Of a DNA stretch of 64,000 nucleotides, positions 51,741 to 62,870 are shown piece after piece (positions within the stretch are counted from its first letter, which is position 1; the number at the start of each line of letters is the position of its first letter). Both the position numbers and the translations under genes were made by a program. The stretch is from Octopus sinensis (lineage: Eukaryota). The stretch lies in assembly GCF_006345805.1 (NCBI RefSeq), contig NC_042999.1, forward strand, positions 96,224,001 to 96,288,000, written 5' to 3'. The notes under the pieces were generated by a model, which saw nothing but the letters and a program-made list of their open reading frames with translations, searched no databases and was not told the origin of the DNA.

Positions 51741-52098
51741 AGGTGCAGCAGTGGGCATGTGGTAAGTAGCTTGCTTACCAACCATATGGTTCTGGGTTCA
51801 GTCCCAATGTGTAGCACCTTAAGCAAGTGTCTTCTACTACAGCCTCGGGCTGCCCAAAGCCTTGTGAGTGGATTTGGTAGATGGAAACTGAAAGAAGCCC
51901 ATCGTGTATGCATGTAATGTATGTGTGTGCAGTAGTGTATCAGTGTTTGTCCCCCCAACATCACTTGACAACCGATGCTGGTGTGTTTACATACCCGTAA
52001 TTTAGTGGTTCAGCAAAAAAATTGATAGATTTGCTCGACTAAAGGCAGTACTCCAGCATGGCCGCAGTCAAATGACTGAAACAAATAAAAGAATAAAA
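51741..52098 (+). mobile_element. tRNA-derived SINE, family A (best-preserved copy)
   Basis: A-box-like tgggcatgtgg, B-box-like gggttcagtccc (51794-51805), central microsatellite, tail ...gactgaaacaaataaaag. Confidence 0.88.
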
Positions 52099-52539
52099 TA
52101 ATAGTAAATTATTTTAGACTGGGAATTATCAGTTGCAAACTAAGCATTTATCAAATTTTTTTGTTTATGCATAAATGTTTACCTAGATGTTCTGTACATG
52201 TTTTCATATGTATTATTTAAGGTAACATGTAAATTGATTTCAATAACAGAATGGAAAGACTAGAATTGTTCTTATAACCACAAATGGAATCACTTTTAGT
52301 GTTGTGTTTAATGTTCCAGAAACATACTAATTTAAATTATCACCATTTGTTATTTATGATTTCTGTACTTTTGAAGCACTACTCAACAAAGCAAATATAT
52401 TTCTGTTGGTTTTGACAGATAAATTTCATATTCATTGCATCAGTGTGTAAGCAGCTGAGTATTCCTCAGAAACTTGTATACTTAATATACTTCTCAGACA
52501 GAATCAGCCTGACATAGTGTGCGACAAGGATGGTCCTTT

Positions 52540-52718
52540 GAATTACAGATAAAATTCATCCAACAGGCTTCCATAAGGTTCCCATCTGCCCAATCTCACT
52601 AACAAGGCTTGAGTTGGCCTGAGGCTATGTTAACAGACACTCGCTCAAGATACCATACAGTGGGAGTGAAACCAAGCCCTTATGATTACAAAGCAAACTT
52701 TCTAACTCTTTTGGCCAT
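52540..52718 (-). mobile_element. Diverged family-A-like SINE head
   Basis: Reverse complement aligns at moderate identity to 51770-51905. Confidence 0.6.
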
Positions 52719-53254
52719 TAGATACACTTGTGCACATAGACACATTTTATAACTGAGAGTATAGATGTCCAAGATGGTAGATATTGAGGTTGGTAGTTTG
52801 TCTTCTGTCACTTCCACTGTATTTTGCCCATGTCCAAGACTCTGTGACTGAGCTCACCTCTTTAAAAGTCATGCACCACTGTAAGCAATGATAACAATCT
52901 TAAAATTCACAAAAGTTTGATAGCTTTCCTGGGGACCTGCATAGGACTGTGGGAAATCACTCTAGTCTTATTTCATTAAATAACTACATGGGTCTCTAGT
53001 ATCATTAGAATTTAGGTACAAACTACCAAAACCTGCAGCTATATGATCAGTACAAGACGTGTGTAAAAAGATTTTTTATAAAGATACAAAGATTTATTTA
53101 GTGTGTTATGTTTTACTATAAATATTGCAAGTACTTCCTTATTTTGCTAGCTGCATACACACTTCTATGTGAATTTAATGCTCTAGCATTATTCTCTTTT
53201 TCACTAAAGTATAAATTGGAGATGAAATTTTCATATACGATGTTCTACTTTCAG

Positions 53255-53428
53255 CCGGTAGACTTGAGTGTTGGAGAACTGCAAATGTATGGGACTGTAC
53301 AATGGTGCAATGCTATAGATTTCCTTGGGAAGATCAAGAAAGGGACAGACCTGGAGAATGTTGTGTTCGTTTTTAAAACTGGAATTGTCTTTCTGTGCCG
53401 TGAGAGGGTGAAGAGAAAATTGAAGAAG
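53255..53428 (+). CDS. sif: sif/TIAM exon: C-terminal PH domain, N-part (PVDLSVGELQMYG...FVFKTGIVFLCRERVKRKLKK)
   Basis: Acceptor ctactttcag|, donor AAG|gtaaat; 174 nt, phase 0-0. Confidence 0.92.
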
Positions 53429-53520
53429 GTAAATAATACACTTACAATTATAATAAAAAGACAATTGACATTTTTAGAAGTCGTGTATAACAATGACTAA
53501 TCCTTACTTTTTTTTAACAG

Positions 53521-53717
53521 AGCAGTAACAGCCGGAATGCTCCCATGTCTGAGGGCTATGATGCCATACCCCGTTTCCGCACCCTAATCCCTGTACATGA
53601 GGTGCAAGTTGTAAGCGGCTCACGGGCAGATTGTGAGAGGCACTATTGGTGGCAGCTAATCCATTCCAAGTCTGAGGTAGAAGGCCGGCCAGAGAGGCTG
53701 TACCAATTTTGCAACTG
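53521..53717 (+). CDS. sif: sif/TIAM exon: C-terminal PH domain (SSNSRNAP...RFRTLIPVHEVQV...WWQLIHSKSEVEGRPERLYQFCN)
   Basis: Not in the ORF track. Acceptor ttttttaacag| after a 92-nt intron, donor CTG|gtaagt; 197 nt, phase 0-2. Confidence 0.92.
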
Positions 53718-53970
53718 GTAAGTTAGTCTCAATGATGTTATCAGTGATGTAAACCTGATTATATGCACTAAACTGTGTGAGACAACAGATCTGAGTGTAT
53801 TATGGCAGTCATTTGCATTAAATGTTTGGTGTATATACTACCAACCCTGCTAGAAATGTATGTCACATATAAGAACTGCTACAAATAAATAGCAAGAACT
53901 GACTTTTTTCCATAAACCACTCTGATCCGATACATCACTATCAAACATTTGCATTTTTTTTTTGCTAGAT

Positions 53971-54284
53971 CAGTAATTCTCAACCATATGACCCCTGGGG
54001 ATCCATATAAAGTTTTGTGGGGGTCCATACTTGCAAAATAGTAAATTGAGGATCCACAGTAGTATGTTAAGGTTCCATGAAAAACTTTTGCTTTAGGTGT
54101 ATTTATTGAAAGAAACAGATTTCTTTCTCTAATGTTTTACATGATTTAACCTACACAAGTGAATGTGTGGAAAGCAAAATAGGAATTTTGAAAGAAGATT
54201 TTATAAAACTAGTTTTTAAACATTGAATGGCATAAGAATAGTAATCAGATGGGTCCATACATAAAAAATTGTTGAGAACCACTG
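53971..54284. mobile_element. hAT (Charlie-like) MITE, 314 bp
   Basis: TIRs cagtaattctcaac / gttgagaaccactg (12/14); 8-bp flanks tgctagat / ccctagat (6/8, CTAG core typical of Charlie-type TSDs). Confidence 0.8.
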
Positions 54285-54727
54285 CCCTAGATGTTAAGTT
54301 TAAATCCCAATATTTATTGTTGTATATAAGGTTTTTTGGGGAAAAAAATTTGACAGTAATGACAAAGAACGGAGCAATTGATGTTGACAATCTCTGGGTT
54401 CCTACAACATTTTACATTTATGAAGTGGTTTCTAATAGAAAACCTGTAACCGTTTTTGAACCAGTGTTATTAAAGAGAGACAGTGAGTGGGGCTTGTAAT
54501 CATATTGATGCTAATTTAGGTCTCATGCAAAATAGAGTTGTTTTCTTTCACTCAGAAAATTTCATGCTGCTGTTTCTCAACATCAGTTATTCCATTTTCT
54601 CTCATAATTGTCAAATTTTATTTCCCAAAAACCCTTATGAACAATAATGAATAATATGATTTAAACTTGACATCTAGGACAGTGGTTCTCAACAATTTTT
54701 TCACATATGGACCTGCCTAATTACTAT
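54238..54727. repeat. Inverted repeat, arms ~54238-54390 and ~54574-54727
   Basis: gttgagaaccactgccctagatgttaagtttaaatc versus gatttaaacttgacatctaggacagtggttctcaac; similarity continues ~110 bp beyond the MITE end. Confidence 0.88.
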
Positions 54728-55511
54728 AGTATCTGTCATTATATAACATGGTGTGCATTCTATTTTGATCTCTATCCAATCTAGTTCCATTTTGTTTTGT
54801 TATGATGCTTTCTATTACTTTCTCAGTTTGATTCATTGACTTAAAACTTCTTGGTTTCCTGAATTTATTCATTTTCTTTACCATGTGTATTAATTCACAA
54901 TGGTAATGTTTTCAGTTACCTGTAATGGCAAAATTCCTGTACAATTTGATTTGCTGAAAAAAAAGCAATGCGAATGAGACCAGCCATTCTGGTATTTACA
55001 TCTCAGTAATTATTGCTGAAGATGTTGCATCATATCTTGTTTTTTTTTTTGTGTCCTTAATCATTTCACTATAAAATGTTTTTCATACCTGGCTACTCTC
55101 TTGTCATCATGAAAACAAACTCTTCCATGTCATTTTTAATCTTTATCTGATAGTGAGCTCTAAAAATTACTTATCCTCTTGCAACTAAAAAGTTATAATT
55201 ATTGATAATTTTAATAGCATTTCTGTATCTATTAACGTAGCTCAATTAAGTAATATAGTAAAGATAACATGTTACCAGTATTTTATTTTATGTTCACATT
55301 TTCATATCAATAGACATCATATTACTCTTAGCTAACCACACTAAGATTACAGTAAACTGTAAAAAGAAATATTCCAAGTGATTGTAAGACATTGTAAATA
55401 TTACTGTTGCTGATAATGTTATTGTTGTTTATGTTTCTTCCTTTAAAACATGCTTTTTCTTTTTGTTTTATACTAATTGACATTATATTTCTTTTTTTCA
55501 ATTTTCTTTAG

Positions 55512-56235
55512 CACATCTGAGGCTAAAACGGATTTCATGAAAGTTATCAGACAGACTATTAGAGACAGTGTTCGAAAAATGGCCGTGCCATCAGCACGGC
55601 AGACTGCCAAAACCAAATACATTCCATTTGGTGGTAAGCGGCTTGAGTGTCTGGGAGCTAACCCACGCACTCTCAGTAAGATGCGTGGTGGATTAAAGGC
55701 TCCAGAGGTCGAAAGACATTCAGTGGATTTTGAGGAAAACTTCAACAACTGCGAGTACGACAGCATGTTTAGGACAAGAAGCAAAACAATAGGCAACCTG
55801 AATGAGGTGGCACAAGGAGAAGACAAGAATGAGAAAATAGCTGACCAGGTACCAGCCCGACCAGCTTCATCTATTGCTAACCCTTATAGCACAGCGCCTC
55901 ATGGAATGTCTAGCCGGCATCTAAGAGCTGCTGCACGAGAGCAGTCAGGTTCCAGGCCAACCTCACCAAGGCCCACCAGTGGGTCCCCAGTTTGGAAACC
56001 ACGCCAGGACCCCAGTGGCTTTGGCATTTCAGGTACAAGCAAACCGGGGACACCAACGCAAGTTCTGCCCTCACATGCTGTTGCCAGTGCACTAAGCAGC
56101 TCTGAGGCTTCAACACCAACTACATCATCAGCATATGGAGATTACTCTGATGTTGTCTACCGGGCTGATACCCCTAGTCGGGTGATCACGCACCAGCCCT
56201 CCCATTGCATCGCCTACAAGGACACTGAGTGCTGA
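55512..56235 (+). CDS. sif: sif/TIAM last coding exon: PH C-terminal helix (TSEAKTDFMKVIRQTIRDSVRKM) and S/P-rich tail ending YKDTEC*
   Basis: Acceptor ttttctttag|, phase 2 (TG+C=Cys); 724 nt to TGA at 56233-56235; matches the 252-aa ORF. Confidence 0.92.
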
Positions 56236-56480
56236 GCCAGAAGAATGGGAATTGATTAATCAATTAATTAACCATAGTAACACATCTTTAACATCACAGG
56301 GAAATTAAAGCAAAGAAAATAATTAATTTCCCTGGAATAGTGTGGGTTTTTTTCTTCAGTATTTGTTGAAAAAGAAAAGAAAGAACAACAAAAAAAAACC
56401 CCAAAGACTGTGTGTTTCTTCTGAGTCATGTTTTCAATGTACTCCACGACTGATGAACACTGGGAGTTGCTGGAGCAAAG

Positions 56481-56483
<3 letters not shown>

Positions 56484-56553
<70 letters not shown>
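56484..56553. repeat. (TC)35 microsatellite in the proximal 3' UTR region
   Basis: Direct read; source of the RERE/LSLS artefact ORFs. Confidence 0.95.
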
Positions 56554-56556
<3 letters not shown>

Positions 56557-56898
56557 TGCTGTCACACAAATGTACATACACACATTCACATGTGCATATG
56601 TGTGTGTAATGAGATGAGACATCATGTAAAGACATTTATTTATTAATTTATTTATTTATTTATTTATTACTGTTAACTATGTCATATTTTCAGTAAAAAA
56701 TCCCAATGAGATTAGTGATGTTGTATAAATGGTGATAAATGACATATAACCTACATGTTCTATAATGGTAACTGCATAGATACATGCAAGGTGAACAACT
56801 CTTTCAATATACTTAGTATATTTAGTTAGTGGATTTTTTTTCTCAATATGCACCATGGAAAATAATGTAAAACCTCACAGCCATAGAATTAGCTAAGG

Positions 56899-57070
56899 TA
56901 TATATATATATATATATATACACATACATATATAATATATATGCATATATATATAATATATAATATATATATACACATATATAAATATTATATATATATA
57001 CACATATATATATTATATATATATATATACATATATATAATATACATATATGTGTGTGTGTATACATATA
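56899..57070. repeat. Compound (TA)n/(CA)n/(TG)n low-complexity tract
   Basis: Direct read. Other TA tracts at 5282-5320, 24509-24561, 28485-28520 and 50225-50288; (CT)n at 48791-48824; (CAT)n/(TAT)n at 2917-2965. Confidence 0.9.
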
Positions 57071-59191
57071 TAGATAAAAGATATTGTTCTTGTTTTAGAG
57101 GACTGTATTGTATTATATGAAGAGGTGCTGAGCTAGAATTATGAAATCCCTTTTCTCTGAGGTAGTATGGATTTAATGAGATGAAAGTGACAAATAGCTA
57201 TCTCAGAAGAAAAATTGATATTAACTCTTTCTTAAGTGTGTGCAAATAGAACAGACTACACTTAATCTTTAAAGAGGGTAGGTAATCTGGAAGTTGGTTT
57301 CCTTTTAATCTCTAATAAGATGGTTCTTTTTTATTCTATGAAAAAATATCCCTAAATTATTCATTTTTTTTAACTTTTAACCTTGGCAGCAAAATTTATG
57401 ATTCAAGTCTTAAGCGATGATTATGTCAAAAATAAGTTAAATTGAATTAAGTTTTTGAATGTTAACTATGATAAAATAATTCTTAGAAAACTATTTTCAT
57501 GTTTAGCAGAAGAAAAAAGATCATTATTATTAGTGGTAACAATACCTAATATTTCACAAACACAAATGAAACTACTTTATTTCAATGATGCTATACCATA
57601 AAACTTCAATGAGTTTTTAATTGTGCAGTGGTTCTTTAAAATTGACTGCTCTCTATTTATTAGCATCATCTCACAATATTCCTACTGATTTATTTAATAT
57701 ATCTTTGTCAGATTCCTTAAGTAGAATAGATAAATAGCCTGGAAAATAGATGTTGAATGTAATAAATATCAAATTGTTGATATACTAAATGGAATGAAAA
57801 ATCCATTCCTTATATATTCTTAGATTAGATTTGTACTGATAGACTTGATATAAATTAGAGTTTGTAAAATGGAAATTTGCCACAGATCAGAGACAAGAGT
57901 TAATTCCATTTTGCTATCTTAAAATCAAAATATTTTTTTGAGTTTACAAAAGTACAATTAATCTTGTATTAATGCTATGATAAGAATGGTATTCACCTCT
58001 AACTGAAGGAGTCTCTATGCAGTTACTCAGCCTGTTAGAAATATAAACCAAATTTCTCAAATCCACATCCTACTTACTATAACATAGAAAGGATATACTG
58101 ACTAATGTTATCCTGCATATATAAAAAGATTGTCTAAAATGGAACATCTTTGATCATAAGTCTACTCAACAAGGTTTGAGCTGGGACTAAATACAGTAAC
58201 AAAATAATAGCTTTTAAAATATGTATAAAATTGATACTGCATTAATTTTTTAAGTTATCAATAGGAACATTTTTTAAAGCTTATAAATATATGTTTGGCA
58301 ATTTTATTAATTAATTTCAATAGATTTACGAATATTGAAAATATCAGATAGAAAATACTTTTCTCACTTAATTATTTCATATAGCATATATCTGGCATAG
58401 ATTAAGGATATATGAGAAATGTATGCATGTGTGTATTGAAATAGCTAATAGAAACACTAGAATAATTACTGCTGAGGTAAAAGTGTTTTATTCTAAGGGA
58501 GAAATGAGAATTGAGAAAGATAAGAAAAATTATTTTATATATCAGATGTTGTTGGTAAAAAAGGATGGAATTCATAACACTAAAACTATCGTTTTCTGGA
58601 ACAAACCATATAGTAAGGAATACCAAAATACCTAAAACAGCCTGGGAAAAAAATTATTAGCAGAAGCCACTCCATATTTCTATCAAGACGTTGCCTGCAT
58701 CTATTAAATATTGATTTCGAAAAGAAAGAGCAAAATGAAAATAACGTCAAGTGATATGCAAAAATAGCTTTCATATTTTTCACAAGTCATTCTTAAGCTA
58801 AAACTGATAATTCATTGACAATTCTAAAACAAATTCAGATAATGATGGGCATTGTTCCTGACTCCCCTGGCATTAAAAACGTTTCAAAGCGATTTTTAAT
58901 AGTTTTTTTACTTTTTTTTCACAAGGGACGTAACTTAGCATGTTTCTCTGATTTAATTTTATAAACTTTTCTTTGCTAAGCTGCAATCAAAAGTGAAAAT
59001 CTTAGAATAATAAAATTTGTTTTCATTGTAGATATCTAAAATAAAAGTTCTATGTGAGAAAATTAGAATTATTTAAAGAGTAATGCATTTAGTTGGTTAA
59101 AAAGATGTTCATACATTGATGATAGATATTGTTTTACAATTATAGCTGCTATTCTTTTATACTAGTTTCTAATTGATAATTTGATTTATCA

Positions 59192-59245
59192 ATCTTGATA
59201 ATCTAGTGAGATAATTTATCAATTATCTCACTAGATTATCAAGAT
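59192..59245. repeat. Perfect 25-bp inverted repeat with 4-nt loop
   Basis: atcttgataatctagtgagataatt-tatc-aattatctcactagattatcaagat. Confidence 0.95.
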
Positions 59246-62200
59246 ATATAATTCTATAAAATTTTAGAGAATAAAAGCAATGAAAACTTATGAAAAATAG
59301 GTATGGAAATTATTTTTGAAGGTTCATTCTTCTTAATCAATGCTGATTATTAAAAACCAGGAGAGAACACTGCTGTTACAAAACCAGGTAACAAAATTAT
59401 AATTTCAAGGAAACTCAATAGAAAATGAACAATAATAAGATTTAACATTAATTTGAAAGAGTAAATTACATATAGTTTTAATCCAATGCAAGATTAAAAT
59501 ATCATTTTACATGTTACTAGAAATTTTTGTCTAATTTTAGATTATTCTTTTATTAGTTCCAACCAGGTCGATGTGGTCATGCTGGAAGTATTGTCAAAGT
59601 CTAATTGAATTCCTGATATTTTATTCTATGCTATTCTTGTATGCTCAGAATATTTTGTAAAGAAATCGAAACAAGTGATTTGTATAGAATAATCAATGTT
59701 GGTTCAAAACTAACAAAACTTGGACTTGAAATAAAAAAAGAAATATCACTAAAATATCTTACATTTAAAACTGATACCAAAACAGAACAATATCTAAAAA
59801 TAAATAAACATTTTTACTTTACTATTTTTATGATATAATTGACATGGTAAGAAATTTTAGGTTTTTCTCCAAATATTCTGAAGTTATTAAATGTAGAAAA
59901 TTGTAATTAAGGTATCCCATGCATTAACTCAGTAAGAAATAAACTATAAATCAAACATTTCAAACACTGTTTAAAAGAAGTAAATAAAATAAAATATATG
60001 TTATTTAAGGTAGTCAGGAGATGATTAAAAGATGTTGTATGCTTATGTATTTTTATTGTGTTGGTGAGTAACTTATTGATTTCAGTTGTTCTTCATTCAT
60101 GCTATTGGATAAATGATAATATTTATAATTATTAATCAACTTTAAATACATGTGTAAATAGACATGCATTTTCAAACAAATTTTAGTCTAATACCTATAT
60201 ACTGAATATATTACAAAGTCTATGTTAAAATGTTTCTTGTTCTAAATAATAACTAAAACTTTCTGTCAATATTGCTAAAGCTCCACTGCAGTAATGAAGG
60301 ACTATTGTGACTGTGAACATTGTTCCTTGAAGTACATGAACTGCATAAAACATAAAACAAATGTGAACTGCATAAAACAAAATACAAAAATCCCTGTTAT
60401 TATTGAGTTTAAAAAAGAAAGGATACTATGTTTAAAAGATAAAAATTCAATTGTTTAAAAAACTGAAAATAAATAACAAAATCTCTAAAAGTATTTGTTA
60501 TTCCATTGTCAATAAAGCATGATTTTTAAGAGAGATATGCATGTATTAAAAGAAAAATTAACATAGCATACATCCTAAAAGAAGCAAAGACAAGCAGGAA
60601 AGGAAAACATAGCTAAAATGAAAATTTTCTTTTAATTATCATTTTTACATAGTTTTGTTTTGTTTTGTTTTAACTCTGAAAGAAGATTTACCAATATAAT
60701 AATGATAATAAGTAAAGAAATGTTTGGTTGGATTTTATTGCCCTTTCCTACACACCTATCTTCATAAAGATGAATTCCTTTTCTGCTTACTTAAATATCC
60801 TTCCCTAAAATTTTTCCTTATTTCCCTCCTGAAATCTAACTTCAATTTTTATTAATTTTTCGTACAGGAATCAGTGTTGATTTTGAAAGCCTTAGGATCT
60901 TTCGTAGACATATTGTAATAAAAGTATATTTCTGCTTTGCAACTCTTTAAAAGTACAATAAAATGTATTCTAAACTGAAAGACTATCTCACAGTGTATGG
61001 TTAAGAGAAGGAAATATTTCTTAAATATCCTCACTCTTCCACTTGGTGTTCGTGTAAACACATTTCTCCTGCCACAGATTACCTGGCGTCATTAAAATAT
61101 ATTCAACCCAAATATGCACATGCATGAACCTGATTATGTTCACATTTCCCATTTCAATGTTCTATAAATGCATGGTTACCCTAAATTTAAATAAATTTTC
61201 CACTAAGAAAGTATCATTTACATTAAGGTTTACTATTGCTGTTTCTAACTTACAACTAGCTTTAAAGTTTCAAATCCCTCATTAGTAACACTTTATCCTG
61301 TAATTATTGCTGTCATCAATATCAAATATTAATAATATTATAACTAACTAAATTTAGTCGCTATAAAATCTATTAACCATGAATGCTAATGCTAATTTTT
61401 AAAATTAATACAAAAGTTATCAATAAATTGAAATAGAAATAAAATTTACAAACTACTTAGTGAGTTTCTTTGAAATTATGATGTAACTAATAAACATTTA
61501 AGTGCATTTGAAAAGTAAAAATCAATTGATATGATGTTTCTTAAAAATATTTTACACCTCTAAAAACAGCATGATTTCACTTATTCTTGTTTTGCACTAA
61601 CCTTATTTTGTGCTCTGGCACATTCCACCTGTTACCTGGTGTTAAAGCAGTTTGTCATTAGTTTAGTAATATATTAAATTTTGTTGATGTTTGATCCTTC
61701 TACCTAAACTGTACAATTGTATATTTTATACTTTTTTTAATGCCTTGTTTGCCATACAGAATATCAGATGTTAATGACATACTGATTGCAAAAAATGATG
61801 CCTTTATATATACGTCATTCTTATTATCAGAATTAGCATCGACTAGAAAGAAATGGGGGAAGATTTAGATTTGAAATTATTGTTAAAAAACAAAAACTTT
61901 TTTTTTTTTTTGTCAGAGCAGATTATTTTGATGAGTTGTAGTGCACATGAGCACTATATACAATAATTTTATTATTATGATTATTATTATTATAAAACAG
62001 AGAAAAAATTTGTTTGTTTTTTTTAAAAACAAAAAATTGAAAGTTGGATATCTCGTTTTCCTATACTTAAATAAGAATAGCTGATTAAAGCATTGTTTGT
62101 TAATGTAAGAACAAGAGAATATACTAACGTTGGACTTAGGAACAACATTAACTCGATGAGAGATCATATTTAAAGGGAAATAATTAGAATAGTAATTCGG

Positions 62201-62699
62201 AGAGTTACTTCCCGTGTTGACCTTTTCGTTTCTTTTTTAGCATCTCTTACATAATTTTTTTATACATTTTACTCAGGAAAAAATATATTTTACATAATCC
62301 CTACCCAACTATTATTATTTTCCAAAGTATTTTTCTTTCGAGCGTTATTTTAGGTCTTCTTTTCCAATGCATTAATTTTAAGTATATTTAAAATTTTTTA
62401 GAATGTATTTACAAAAATTCAATATTCAGTTTCAATTTTGTTTAGCTACTTATGCAGCTCCAACTAAATTGGTTCACATTGATAACTTAATGGGTTATTT
62501 TGTTAATTGATATAATTAAATTATTTCATGTGCTTCACTTTATTTGAAAGAAGGAATTATTTAAGAAAATTCTATGACTGCTATTAGTTTGACTATCTCT
62601 ACACAGTGTCAACTTCTATTATCCAGCTTGGGTACATGATTTCACACATGTGTAAGTGTAAATCAGGAAGAGGAGAAATGAAGTTACTTTCAGTTAATC

Positions 62700-62870
62700 A
62701 AATATAAACATGACATATGCTAAAGTAGTGATAAAAAACACCCTCTTTGCTAAGGACTCTGCAACCTCAATAAATAATCTTTGGGATAAACTGCCAACAG
62801 ATTTGACTGAGCTTTTAAATATAGAAAAATTAAAGAATATTTTCCAAAATTTAAACATGTTTTAGTATCA
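62700..62870 (+). mobile_element. Possible very old CR1/L2 ORF2 C-terminal relic
   Basis: NNLWDKLPTDLTELLNIEKLKNIF resembles the WNxLP...FK motif of CR1/L2 ends. Confidence 0.4.

Larger units (their letters stand above)
21186..56235 (+). other. sif: Gene span (5'-partial): still life/TIAM1-2 family Rac1 GEF (RBD-PDZ-DH-PH), 12 coding exons in window
   Basis: Hand-spliced exons have compatible phases (0-0,0-1,1-1,1-0,0-0,0-0,0-1,1-1,1-0,0-0,0-2,2-stop), total 2532 nt, no internal stop. Domain order and peptides ([84 protein letters not shown]) match Drosophila Sif/vertebrate TIAM as I recall them. Confidence 0.93.

Noticed and set aside
52419-52446. 28-nt or 3-nt (TGT) exon ending at gtaagc
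   Set aside because: 28 nt breaks frame; the 3-nt version has an unfavourable donor context.
56268-57067. RERE-, LSLS- and YIYI-rich ORFs
   Set aside because: Translations of microsatellites.
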